Shown here piece after piece: positions 10,073 through 18,908 of a stretch of 50,636 bases of DNA. This DNA is from Escherichia phage vB_EcoM_50EP: the sequence record OR472545.1; one strand, written 5' to 3'. Within the stretch, counting starts at the first letter, position 1. Each line of letters starts with the position of its first letter. The position numbers and the translations under genes were made by a program. The notes beneath the pieces were generated by a model, which saw only the letters and a list, made by a program, of their open reading frames with translations, was not told where the DNA came from and ran no database searches.

Positions 10073-10794
10073 TTAACGGCAAAATCAAGATGGCAATCTT
10101 CGAACATGCAAAATCAGTTTACCCCAATGAATGTTGCGGGGTGGTTACTCAGAAAGGCCGAGTGCAAAAATACTGGCCTATTGACAACGTTCACTCAGAG
10201 CCGGAAAAAGGTTTTCAGCTTCATTCTGTACAGTACGCCTGCATTGAGGATGACGCCGAACTAACCACGATCGCCATCGTCCATAGTCACACTGGAGACG
10301 GGGCGACCACTTTACCAAGCGCACATGACCTATGCGTATTGAATGAGATGGAATTGCCATGGGTGATTGTAAGCCTGCCGGAAGGTGACATGAGAATTGT
10401 TCATCCTGAAGCCATGCCTCTGATTGGCCGCCCTTGGTCGCTTGGCTCTTTCGATTGCTGGGGGCTGGTTATGGCATGGCACAAAGAGCGCGGCGTAATC
10501 CTGAATGACTTCCGAAAGCCTTACGAGTGGTGGAAGCCTGAATATGGTGAGAATCTCTACCAGGACAACTACATCAAGGAGGGCTTTGTTGAAACCGGAA
10601 AGGATCCTGAGCCTGGCGATATGATCATCATGAAATTGCAAGCTGAGGTATGGAACCATGCGGGGATTTACCTTGGAAACAATCAACTCCTACATCACGG
10701 ATTTGGAAAGTTGTCAAAGACAGACATTTATTCAGGATGGTTCCAGGATCACACAGTAATGATATGTAGGCATAAGGAGTTAAGGAAATGTTAA
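10069..10794 (+). CDS. tail assembly protein K-like (MPN/JAMM + NlpC/P60)
   Basis: HSHTGDG JAMM-like motif; C-terminal Cys/His hydrolase-like half; ATGA overlap with L. Confidence 0.65.
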   Translation: MINGKIKMAIFEHAKSVYPNECCGVVTQKGRVQKYWPIDNVHSEPEKGFQLHSVQYACIEDDAELTTIAIVHSHTGDGATTLPSAHDLCVLNEMELPWVIVSLPEGDMRIVHPEAMPLIGRPWSLGSFDCWGLVMAWHKERGVILNDFRKPYEWWKPEYGENLYQDNYIKEGFVETGKDPEPGDMIIMKLQAEVWNHAGIYLGNNQLLHHGFGKLSKTDIYSGWFQDHTVMICRHKELRKC

Positions 10795-11381
10795 AAACAA
10801 TCAAGCTATCAGGTTCTCTCGGCCGTAGGTTCGGCGTCTTCCACAAATATGATGTTGACTCATACCCTGAAGCAATCCGAGCGCTGTCATCTCAGGTTGC
10901 AGGATTCAAGGAGTTCATGCAAAGCCAGATCGGATCTCGTATGCACTTCGCTGTGTTCGTTGATGGTAAGAACGTTGGGCCACATGATGAATCGGCATTC
11001 AGTTGCGCGAAAGAAGTTCGGATCATACCTATTCCAACAGGCTCAAAAAATGGAGGGATGTTCCAGATTGTTGTTGGCGCGGTGATGATGGTGGCGGCAT
11101 TCTACACTGGTGGCGCGTCACTGGCTCTTATGGGTACATTCGCAACGTCAGCATTTATGATGGGCGGCGCTATGGTCCTTGGCGGCGTGATGCAGATGAT
11201 TTCACCGCAGCAAGGCGGCTCAAAGATGGAGGTTCAGAGCAGCAAGAACAAGCCTTCATATGCGTTCGGTGGTGCAGTTAACACAACGGCAGCTGGAAAC
11301 CCGATCCCGGTCCCTTACGGGTATCGAACTGTTGGCGGAGCGACATTCTCAGCTTATTCAGTGGCGGAGGATATGTCATAA
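10788..11381 (+). CDS. tail assembly protein I-like
   Basis: 197 aa with Gly/Ala/Met-rich hydrophobic C-terminal half as in lambda gpI. Confidence 0.55.
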   Translation: MLKTIKLSGSLGRRFGVFHKYDVDSYPEAIRALSSQVAGFKEFMQSQIGSRMHFAVFVDGKNVGPHDESAFSCAKEVRIIPIPTGSKNGGMFQIVVGAVMMVAAFYTGGASLALMGTFATSAFMMGGAMVLGGVMQMISPQQGGSKMEVQSSKNKPSYAFGGAVNTTAAGNPIPVPYGYRTVGGATFSAYSVAEDMS

Positions 11382-11413
11382 TGAAAGATGAACATCCAGA
11401 CTTTTAAACATAA

Positions 11414-11437
11414 GCCCGCCTTGCGCGGGTTTTTTTA
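11414..11437 (+). terminator. rho-independent terminator
   Basis: CCCGC-CTTGC-GCGGG + T7. Confidence 0.55.
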
Positions 11438-11484
11438 CGCCTGTATAATGAATCTTCTATAAATCGCACGAAAGGCTAAACATC

Positions 11485-14400
11485 ATGATTAAAAATAATG
11501 TAGTGACGGGCCGAAAGGGTGGAGGCAGTAAGCCTCACACACCACAGGAGATGGAAGACAACCTGATCTCAATCAACAAGATTAAGGTTTTGCTCGCTGT
11601 CAGTGATGGTGAGGTTGATGAGAATTTCTCATTAAAGGACTTATATCTTAATGACGTTCCTGTGATTGCACCTTCAGGCGAAGTTAACTATGAAGGTATT
11701 AAGGCTGAGTTCCGCCCAGGCACGCAGACTCAGGATTACATCAAAGGATTCAACGACACGGCGGCTGAGTTCACTGTTGGTCGTGAATTGACGACTACGA
11801 CGCCTTACGTGATCTCAGTAACAAACAAGCAGCTTTCCGCCGTCCGCGTCAAGGTAATGATGCCTCGCGGCGTAAAGACGGAAGAAAACGGCGACATGGT
11901 CGGGGTTGTCGTCAATTGGGCTGTTGATATGGCTGTTGATGGCGGGAGCTATCAGGAAGTATTGTCTGACACAATAGACGGAAAGACAATTAGCGGGTAT
12001 GACAGGACTAGGCGCATTGACTTGCCGACATTTAATAGTCAAGTCCTTCTTCGGGTTCGTCGTATTACTCCTGATTCGAATAATGCAAGAGTTGTTGACG
12101 CGATCAACATTCAGTCATATGCGGAAGTTATTGACGCTAAATTCCGTTATCCTCTGACTGGTCTTGTTTACGTCGAGTTTAACAGCGATCTTTTCCCGCA
12201 GATCCCAAGCATTAGCACGAAAAAGAAATGGAAGATCATCAACGTTCCGAGCAACTACGACCCAGTGCTGAGAGAATACAGCGGCACATGGGATGGCAGC
12301 TTTAAAAAAGCGTGGTCAAATAACCCCGCGTGGGTGCTTTATGATTTGATTACCAATCAGAGATATGGACTCGACCAAAGAGAACTAGGGATCGCGGTCG
12401 ATAAGTGGTCGCTATATGATGCTGGTCAATACTGCGATCAGAAAGTTCCTGACGGTCACGGAGGTTTGGAGCCTCGCTACCTTTGCGACGTGGTAATCCA
12501 GTCTCAGGTTGAGGCTTACAATCTGGTTCGAGATATTTGCTCAATATTCCGAGGGATGAGCTTCTGGAACGGCGAGAGCCTTTCAATTGTCATCGACCGA
12601 CCGCGAGAGGCGTCTTATATTTTCACTAACGACAACGTCGTTGACGGCTCATTTGCCTATACGTTCGCAAGTGAAAAAAGCATGTACACGACTTGCAACG
12701 TCACATTTGACGATGAGCAAAACATGTACAGCCAGGATATTGAGGGCGTATTCGACCTTAACGCATCGTTACGGTTCGGGCACAACCCTACAAGCATCAC
12801 CGCGATCGGATGTACTCGACGAAGCGAGGCGAACCGACGAGGCCGCTGGGTTCTTAAAACAAACCTTCGCAGCACGACGGTGAGTTTTGCAACTGGCCTT
12901 GAGGGTATGATTCCGATGATTGGCGACGTAGTGGCTATCGCTGATAACTTTTGGTCAAGCAACCTGACGCTTTCATTATCAGGTCGTGTCATGGAAGTAT
13001 CTGGACTGCAAGTGTTCACTCACTTTAAAGTCGATGCTCGTGCTGGTGACTTTATTATCGTCAATAAGCCTGACGGTAATCCGGTTCGCCGTACTATTTC
13101 AAAGGTATCGGCAGACGGAAAGACGATTGAGCTTAATGTTGGTTTTGGTTTTGATGTTAAGCCCAACACTGTTTTCGCAATCGACAGAACTGACGTGGCT
13201 TTGCAGAAATACGTCGTAACTGGAATCACGAAGGGTGACGGTGATGATGAGTTCACATACAGCATCACGGCGGTTGAGTATGATCCCAATAAATACGACG
13301 AGATCGACTACGGAGTAAATATTGATGACCGACCAACCAGTATTGTAGATCCTGACAACATGCAGCCACCAAAAAACATTGTTGTTTCATCATACTCTCG
13401 AATTGTGCAGGGGATGAGCGTTGAGACAATGGTGATAGGGTGGGATAAAGTTCAGTACGCGAGCAAGTACGACGTGCAGTGGAGAAAGGATAACGGTAAC
13501 TGGATGAACGTACCGCGTACAGCAAGCTCAGAGGTTGAGGTTGAAGGGATTTATGCGGGTAATTATCACGTACGCGTAAGGAGCATATCAAGCGGTGGAA
13601 ACACGTCTCCATGGTCTGATGTTGTCAGCGTTGGGTTGACTGGTAAGATTGGGAAGCCAAATAAACCAACAGTCATAACCGCATCTGACGATCAGGTATT
13701 TGGGATCAGGGTTAAATGGGGATTCCCTGAAGGTTCTGGCGACACTGCCTACACTGAATTGCAGCAGATACCAGATAATGGTGCCGGAGGTCACACTGGT
13801 GAGGAGAATGCAAGTCTATTAACAATGATTCCTTACCCTCAGTACGAGTACTGGCACTCAACATTACCAGCAGGTTATGTAAACTGGTACAGGGCAAGAT
13901 TGGTAGACAGGATTGGTAACGCCTCTGACTGGTCTGACATTGTTCGCGGAATGGCAAGCGATGACGTTGAGTCCATCATTGGAGAAATAAAGGTTGATAT
14001 CGAGAATTCCGATGGGTTTAAGTACCTACAGCAGAACGCCATTGAGTCAAACGGAGCTATTCAGGCGCAGGCGGAATCAATTCTTGAAAACGCACTTGCA
14101 AACGATACTGACGTGCGACGAATGACCAAGGAGAACGGCAAGAGAAAAGCTGAATACGTTCAGGCAGTGAATCTTATTGCCGATGAAACTCAGGCTCGCG
14201 TAGAGGCTCTCACGGCCCTTAAAGCGCAGATAGATGATGAAGTTGTAGCATCGATTACAGAAGTTCAGACTGCATTAGCCACAGAGACAGAAGCAAGGAC
14301 TACAGCAGACACGGCTTTGAGCGCTCAACTTGGCGATACGCAGGCCGTGCTTAATGAAAAACTTGACTCTTGGGTAGATGCGGAATCTGCTGGCGCTCAG

Positions 14401-14868
14401 TACGGCGTTAAGTTAGGACTAAAATACAATGGGGTTGAGTATAGCGCAGGGATGAGCATGGAACTTGTTGGTAGTGGTGCTGGCGTTAAGAGTCAGTTCA
14501 TCTTTGACGCAAACAGATTCGCTATCAGTAATGGGATTGGATCTGGTTCCGGTCAGTGGGCATTGCCTTTTGTTGTTGAGAGCAATCAGGTGTTCATCCA
14601 GAGCGCTGTGATCAAGGACGGTTCAATCACGAACGCGAAGATTGGTAACAGGATCCAATCTAACAACTACGTTCAAGGAAGTCAGGGGTGGGCTATTGAT
14701 AAATCTGGTTTTGCTGAACTAAGTAATGCCACCGTTAGAGGAAGCCTTTACGCTAACAATGGTAACTTCGCGTTTAACGGAACAAGCAACACTGTTCAGA
14801 TTGACGGTAACGGAATCACTGTTAACCTGCCAGGTGGAGGAAGGGTTGTAGTTGGAGTATGGAGTTAA
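11485..14868 (+). CDS. central tail fibre / host specificity protein (lambda J-like)
   Basis: 1127 aa, follows I-like gene; fibronectin-like middle and Gly-rich C-terminus. Confidence 0.75.
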   Translation: MIKNNVVTGRKGGGSKPHTPQEMEDNLISINKIKVLLAVSDGEVDENFSLKDLYLNDVPVIAPSGEVNYEGIKAEFRPGTQTQDYIKGFNDTAAEFTVGRELTTTTPYVISVTNKQLSAVRVKVMMPRGVKTEENGDMVGVVVNWAVDMAVDGGSYQEVLSDTIDGKTISGYDRTRRIDLPTFNSQVLLRVRRITPDSNNARVVDAINIQSYAEVIDAKFRYPLTGLVYVEFNSDLFPQIPSISTKKKWKIINVPSNYDPVLREYSGTWDGSFKKAWSNNPAWVLYDLITNQRYGLDQRELGIAVDKWSLYDAGQYCDQKVPDGHGGLEPRYLCDVVIQSQVEAYNLVRDICSIFRGMSFWNGESLSIVIDRPREASYIFTNDNVVDGSFAYTFASEKSMYTTCNVTFDDEQNMYSQDIEGVFDLNASLRFGHNPTSITAIGCTRRSEANRRGRWVLKTNLRSTTVSFATGLEGMIPMIGDVVAIADNFWSSNLTLSLSGRVMEVSGLQVFTHFKVDARAGDFIIVNKPDGNPVRRTISKVSADGKTIELNVGFGFDVKPNTVFAIDRTDVALQKYVVTGITKGDGDDEFTYSITAVEYDPNKYDEIDYGVNIDDRPTSIVDPDNMQPPKNIVVSSYSRIVQGMSVETMVIGWDKVQYASKYDVQWRKDNGNWMNVPRTASSEVEVEGIYAGNYHVRVRSISSGGNTSPWSDVVSVGLTGKIGKPNKPTVITASDDQVFGIRVKWGFPEGSGDTAYTELQQIPDNGAGGHTGEENASLLTMIPYPQYEYWHSTLPAGYVNWYRARLVDRIGNASDWSDIVRGMASDDVESIIGEIKVDIENSDGFKYLQQNAIESNGAIQAQAESILENALANDTDVRRMTKENGKRKAEYVQAVNLIADETQARVEALTALKAQIDDEVVASITEVQTALATETEARTTADTALSAQLGDTQAVLNEKLDSWVDAESAGAQYGVKLGLKYNGVEYSAGMSMELVGSGAGVKSQFIFDANRFAISNGIGSGSGQWALPFVVESNQVFIQSAVIKDGSITNAKIGNRIQSNNYVQGSQGWAIDKSGFAELSNATVRGSLYANNGNFAFNGTSNTVQIDGNGITVNLPGGGRVVVGVWS

Positions 14869-14874
14869 AATATA

Positions 14875-14896
14875 GGCCCCTTCTGGGGCCTTTTTT
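14875..14896. terminator. bidirectional rho-independent terminator (GGCCCC-TTCT-GGGGCC flanked by A/T runs)
   Basis: perfect 6-bp GC stem between convergent genes. Confidence 0.6.
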
Positions 14897-15866
14897 AATA
14901 CATGTTTGGTATGTAAGGTAGCTGCATTGTGATGTTGGTGTTGAATGGGAACTGCGCGCCAGACTGCGTTGAGTAGTTACCATAAACACTTCCTTTATGT
15001 GCCCTAACCTGACCATTTGACATTGCAACGCCTTTGTATCGTAGGTTGTTGTACCCGCCAGTTACCTCAACCATTGCGCCGCATCTTAATATCGGGAAAA
15101 ACCCATTACCTATTGATTGGTATGAGTTAGACAGCTGAAGGAATCCGCTTAAGACAAAAGGCCTCTTCACGCTGGAAAACACTACCTGCCCAGCGGCGTT
15201 TGACATTGTTAAACCAGGTCCGGCGGTTGGTGCTGTATTGTTGAATATAACAAGATCGATAGTTACTGATGCTGAGACATTATCAATTCCTGTGTAGGTA
15301 TTGTTTCTACATAGTATTCTTGCCCCGTCAAACTCAAGGGTGACGTTTGGGTTATTCCACCTTCCGAATGGTATTCCAGTAACCGGAAGTGTATAGCTTC
15401 CATTAACCGTTACAGTTCCAACGTACTGAGCAGTAAGGAGCCTGCTGTTTGATGTTATGGCTGTGAAGTTTGTTGAGTCGCTAACGAATATACCCTCACT
15501 TCCAGGTGATGCGCCTAGAACCTCAAAGCCCTGCGCGCCAAATCCAATCAGGTGGCCTGGCGATCCGTTGAAGTTTCCTATACTTATCCTACCGGTTAAG
15601 TTATTAACCCTTGAGAATCCATTCATGAAATAAACCTCTGGTATGAAGTCGAAGTCATAAACGTCAACCGCCTTTGTGGGTAATATAAAGGCTGTAGAGC
15701 CTTGAGTCATTGTCAAGCTAAAGTCTCTAGCGCTGCTCGCAGAATCGAACGTAGAGCTGCTGCTAAGGCTACCCGTTACCGCCGGCGCCCTTAATCCAGC
15801 GGTTATCTCCATTCTTGGCCTTCCGTCATTAAGGTCTATTAAGATACCTTGAGGCATTATTTCCAC
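14895..15866 (-). CDS. hypothetical Gly/Ser/Thr/Asn-rich protein, possible receptor-binding/fibre accessory protein
   Basis: 323 aa, composition typical of fibre proteins; co-oriented and overlapping with upstream lipoprotein gene. Confidence 0.3.
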   Translation of the reverse strand: MEIMPQGILIDLNDGRPRMEITAGLRAPAVTGSLSSSSTFDSASSARDFSLTMTQGSTAFILPTKAVDVYDFDFIPEVYFMNGFSRVNNLTGRISIGNFNGSPGHLIGFGAQGFEVLGASPGSEGIFVSDSTNFTAITSNSRLLTAQYVGTVTVNGSYTLPVTGIPFGRWNNPNVTLEFDGARILCRNNTYTGIDNVSASVTIDLVIFNNTAPTAGPGLTMSNAAGQVVFSSVKRPFVLSGFLQLSNSYQSIGNGFFPILRCGAMVEVTGGYNNLRYKGVAMSNGQVRAHKGSVYGNYSTQSGAQFPFNTNITMQLPYIPNMY

Positions 15867-16087
15867 TCCTTTGTGCCGTGATCTTTAACTGATCCAGAGA
15901 AGTTCTTGATACCATCCCAGCGGATGTCAGTTTCACCTGAAGCTACAACCACACCGCCTTTCCATTTAGCAACACAAGAACCGTTAACTTCAGTCGCACA
16001 CCAGCCGTCAGGGCGCGGACCAGAAGAACATCCTACTGTCATGATTACTGCTGCTGCGATGATTGCTGATTTGATGAAGTTAGTCAT
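15857..16087 (-). CDS. lipoprotein, Cor-like superinfection exclusion candidate
   Basis: 76 aa; signal peptide with lipobox TVGC; located beside tail fibre genes as cor is in T1/phi80-like phages. Confidence 0.45.
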   Translation of the reverse strand: MTNFIKSAIIAAAVIMTVGCSSGPRPDGWCATEVNGSCVAKWKGGVVVASGETDIRWDGIKNFSGSVKDHGTKEWK

Positions 16088-16127
16088 TTTCTAATCCTTA
16101 TTAAGCGTGTTTCGTTTCGATGGAGTA

Positions 16128-16171
16128 ACTATACATGCAACTAGCGCCCGAGTCTTTAGCTATTCGTGCTA
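16128..16171 (-). promoter_or_regulatory. TAGCAC-box promoter cassette (minus strand) upstream of lipoprotein gene
   Basis: rc reads TAGCACGAATAGCTAAAG ... TATAGT ... CATCGAAACGAAAC. Confidence 0.45.
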
Positions 16172-16225
16172 TTGTATACGCGTAACCGCTGTAACTCGGT
16201 GTATGCAATCTCGTCCGCGGAAAAT

Positions 16226-16340
16226 GATATACGCGCAGTTACGCCTAGTTACGCGATAGTTACATTAAAATATCTATATATATCAACCTTCTACTATAAT
16301 TATTATTATTATATATATTACTGTGTATATCGTGTAACCA
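16226..16340. repeat. AT-rich control-region core with AGTTACG iteron-like repeats and (ATT)n tract; homologous to 35789..35905
   Basis: three AGTTAC(G/A) repeats at about 10-bp phasing, TAAAATATC, ATTATTATTATTAT; about 100 bp alignable with second locus. Confidence 0.5.
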
Positions 16341-16604
16341 CTTCTATAGAGTATTCCGCTTATAAATTTCTAATATGTATATTCATACAGTATCTAATCA
16401 CGCATACACTAATGCACCATCCGCGAAAAGTGGTATACACGATATACACGCTGTTTACATCAAGCCATGGCTGGGCTGGACAGCCATTTTATGTAACTAA
16501 CGCCATTGCATACACGTGATTACAAATATCTACATGTAACCACTTGACTAACGCAACCAAGCGCGTATAGTTACCCACATCAACAACGAACGAGGATTAA
16601 AGAG

Positions 16605-17645
16605 ATGACTAAGCCACTGTTTCAATATTTCACTTCAGAAGAAATGAGCAACGATTTCTATCACAGCAAAAGTGAATGGACTGCTGAGTATGTGTCGGGT
16701 TCATCACTTAGTAAGATTCACAGCACTTGCCCTGCGGCGTGGAAGTTTGAAATGAACTCGACTACAAAGGCTCTTGTTTTCGGCACTCAGTCACACACCA
16801 ACTTTGAGAGCAAGGCGCTGTTTGAACGTCAGTATCGCCGAGCACCGAAAGAAAGCGAGATTGAAAACGTGATAACAAGCCAGGCGGCTTTGGCAACTAA
16901 GTTAAAATCATTTGGCCTGACTGGTACAAGCGGCAAGCAATATCCAGAGTTGATTAAAATGATGGTTGATTGTGGTGAAGACCTCAACGTCATGTGGCTG
17001 ATTGATATGATCGCACAGTGTCAGGCGCGGGCCGATGGCGTGGAACTTGTTAAGGCGGAAGACTACGACGCTTGCGTCAGTATGCGCCAGGTTCTTGAGA
17101 TGATTCCTGAACATAACGCCTGCATGAACAGTGAGACAGCATTTCGTGAGTATTCATTGTTCGGCGTAATTTGTGGCGTTAAAGTCAAGGTGCGACTTGA
17201 CCACGTTGACATTATTAAAGATCCAGAAGCAATCCGTCGCATGGGTTACGATCCTGACATTCATCCTGAAATTGTCGTCATCACTGATTACAAAACGACA
17301 ATGAGCGCTAACCCGACTGAGTTCCCGCGACTGGCATTCAATCATGGATACTATCTCAAGATGGCATTGCAGCGCGACTTGTTCGTTAAATGCTTTGAGG
17401 AAACAAGACCTGTGGTTGTTCGATTGCTGGCCCAGGAGAAGAAGGAGCCTTACTTGCCGATGGCGTACCGGATGAGTAGCGATCAGCTTAAGATTGGTCG
17501 TGCGCAGTACATGAGCGTGATACACACCTTCTCAATGTGCGAAGCCAACGACGTGTGGCCTTCATACAACAACGGAGAGCCGGAAATGGAGCTTGAGACG
17601 CCTGACTGGATCATGAAGCAGTTCAAGCATATCCTGGACGCATAG
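16605..17645 (+). CDS. PD-(D/E)XK recombination exonuclease (RecB/Cas4-like fold)
   Basis: RLDHVD ... ITDYKTT motif pattern; immediately upstream of ERF and SSB. Confidence 0.5.
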   Translation: MTKPLFQYFTSEEMSNDFYHSKSEWTAEYVSGSSLSKIHSTCPAAWKFEMNSTTKALVFGTQSHTNFESKALFERQYRRAPKESEIENVITSQAALATKLKSFGLTGTSGKQYPELIKMMVDCGEDLNVMWLIDMIAQCQARADGVELVKAEDYDACVSMRQVLEMIPEHNACMNSETAFREYSLFGVICGVKVKVRLDHVDIIKDPEAIRRMGYDPDIHPEIVVITDYKTTMSANPTEFPRLAFNHGYYLKMALQRDLFVKCFEETRPVVVRLLAQEKKEPYLPMAYRMSSDQLKIGRAQYMSVIHTFSMCEANDVWPSYNNGEPEMELETPDWIMKQFKHILDA

Positions 17646-17685
17646 CACTTTTTGCTAAACACGAACACGGTGATTTGCTATAATC
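17643..17685 (+). promoter_or_regulatory. TAGCAC-box promoter cassette
   Basis: TAGCACTTTTTGCTAAAC, 7-bp stem CGGTGAT/ATCACCG with TGCTATAAT in loop. Confidence 0.45.
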
Positions 17686-17721
17686 ACCGTAAATCAAACG
17701 AAGTAAACAAAGGTATATATA

Positions 17722-18378
17722 ATGCGTACATCAGAGAAGTTTTCGAATGTTTCAGCCGCTCTAATTGCAGCTAAAAAGCAGTTTGCCATAGCAAAAAAAT
17801 CAGGCTTTAACACTCACCTGAAAACCCATTACTCAAACTTAACGGACGTTTTGGAGGCCGTAGAGCCAGCGTTAAAAGAGCATGACCTTATGGTTATCCA
17901 GTCAAATCTGGACACGTCAACCGAAAAGGTAATGCACATTGAGACGCTCATCCTTCACAGTTCCGGCGAGTGGCTTGCGTTCCAGTACAACATGCCGATC
18001 GAGAAGATTAGCGCCCAGGCTTACGGATCAACAACTTCATACGGTCGCCGTTACGCATTATGCGCAGCGCTTGGAATCACTCAGAGCGATGACGACGCTG
18101 AAATCGCTAAGCGCACGGCAGCGGACTACAAAAAACTTATCACCAATTGTGAAAAGCTGGAAGACCTCCAGGTGATTTATAAGAGCGCTAAGGGTTCACT
18201 CGGAGCGGCGGAATGGAAGATTGCAGAGGACCACTTGCAGAAGCGCAAGGCTGAATTGAGTATTGGTAGCGCTCGCGGTTTCCAGCCAGCGAAAAAGGCA
18301 GATACGCAAAAGGTTGATGATAAGGTTGCCAATGCACCTTCCGAGCCTGTACAATCTGAATCCATCGAACAATTCTAA
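17722..18378 (+). CDS. erf: ERF-family single-strand annealing protein
   Basis: N-terminal region resembles ERF family; sits between exonuclease and SSB. Confidence 0.5.
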   Translation: MRTSEKFSNVSAALIAAKKQFAIAKKSGFNTHLKTHYSNLTDVLEAVEPALKEHDLMVIQSNLDTSTEKVMHIETLILHSSGEWLAFQYNMPIEKISAQAYGSTTSYGRRYALCAALGITQSDDDAEIAKRTAADYKKLITNCEKLEDLQVIYKSAKGSLGAAEWKIAEDHLQKRKAELSIGSARGFQPAKKADTQKVDDKVANAPSEPVQSESIEQF

Positions 18379-18416
18379 TTAACGGGGCTTCTGCCCCATC
18401 CAAAAAGGAAAATACA

Positions 18417-18875
18417 ATGCCACACGTAATCACTGGTCAGATCCGCAAAGCCCCATACACCAAAGAAGGCAGCAACAACAACGGTCGTTGGAAAATGTAC
18501 GCCGTTGAACTGTCAGAACGCATGAAGATTCGAAATCAAAATGGGGAGGATGAGACGGTTTACAGTAACTACCGCGCCACGTTCTTCGCAAAAGAAAACG
18601 TTATGCAGTGGTATGATGAAGCGTTCCAGGAAGGTAAGGTTGTATCAATTTCTGCCGACACGCTTCACCTGGCGTCACGCCAGGGTAATGACGGCACGGT
18701 GTATGTAACCGCCGAAATGATCCGGCCTCAGTTGCAATTCAGCCAGCGTGAACCAGCGCAGCATGGACAAGGTCAGCAACAACAACGCCAACAGGCTCAG
18801 CAACAGCAGCAACAACGCCAGCCTCAGCAGCAACCGAATCAATCAATGCAATTCGACGATGACATTCCTTTCTGA
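18417..18875 (+). CDS. ssb: single-stranded DNA-binding protein
   Basis: Gln-rich linker and canonical acidic C-terminal tip FDDDIPF. Confidence 0.75.
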   Translation: MPHVITGQIRKAPYTKEGSNNNGRWKMYAVELSERMKIRNQNGEDETVYSNYRATFFAKENVMQWYDEAFQEGKVVSISADTLHLASRQGNDGTVYVTAEMIRPQLQFSQREPAQHGQGQQQQRQQAQQQQQQRQPQQQPNQSMQFDDDIPF

Positions 18876-18883
18876 TAAAAGAT

Positions 18884-18908
18884 AAAGCCCCTTTCGGGGC
18901 TTTTTTAT
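18884..18908. terminator. bidirectional rho-independent terminator (AGCCCC-TTTC-GGGGCT)
   Basis: GC hairpin flanked by A-run and T-run between convergent genes. Confidence 0.6.

Noticed and set aside
16166-16519. Track ORF (117 aa) in AT-rich region 1
   Set aside because: Same reasoning: the translation is a low-complexity product of AT-rich repeats, with no RBS.
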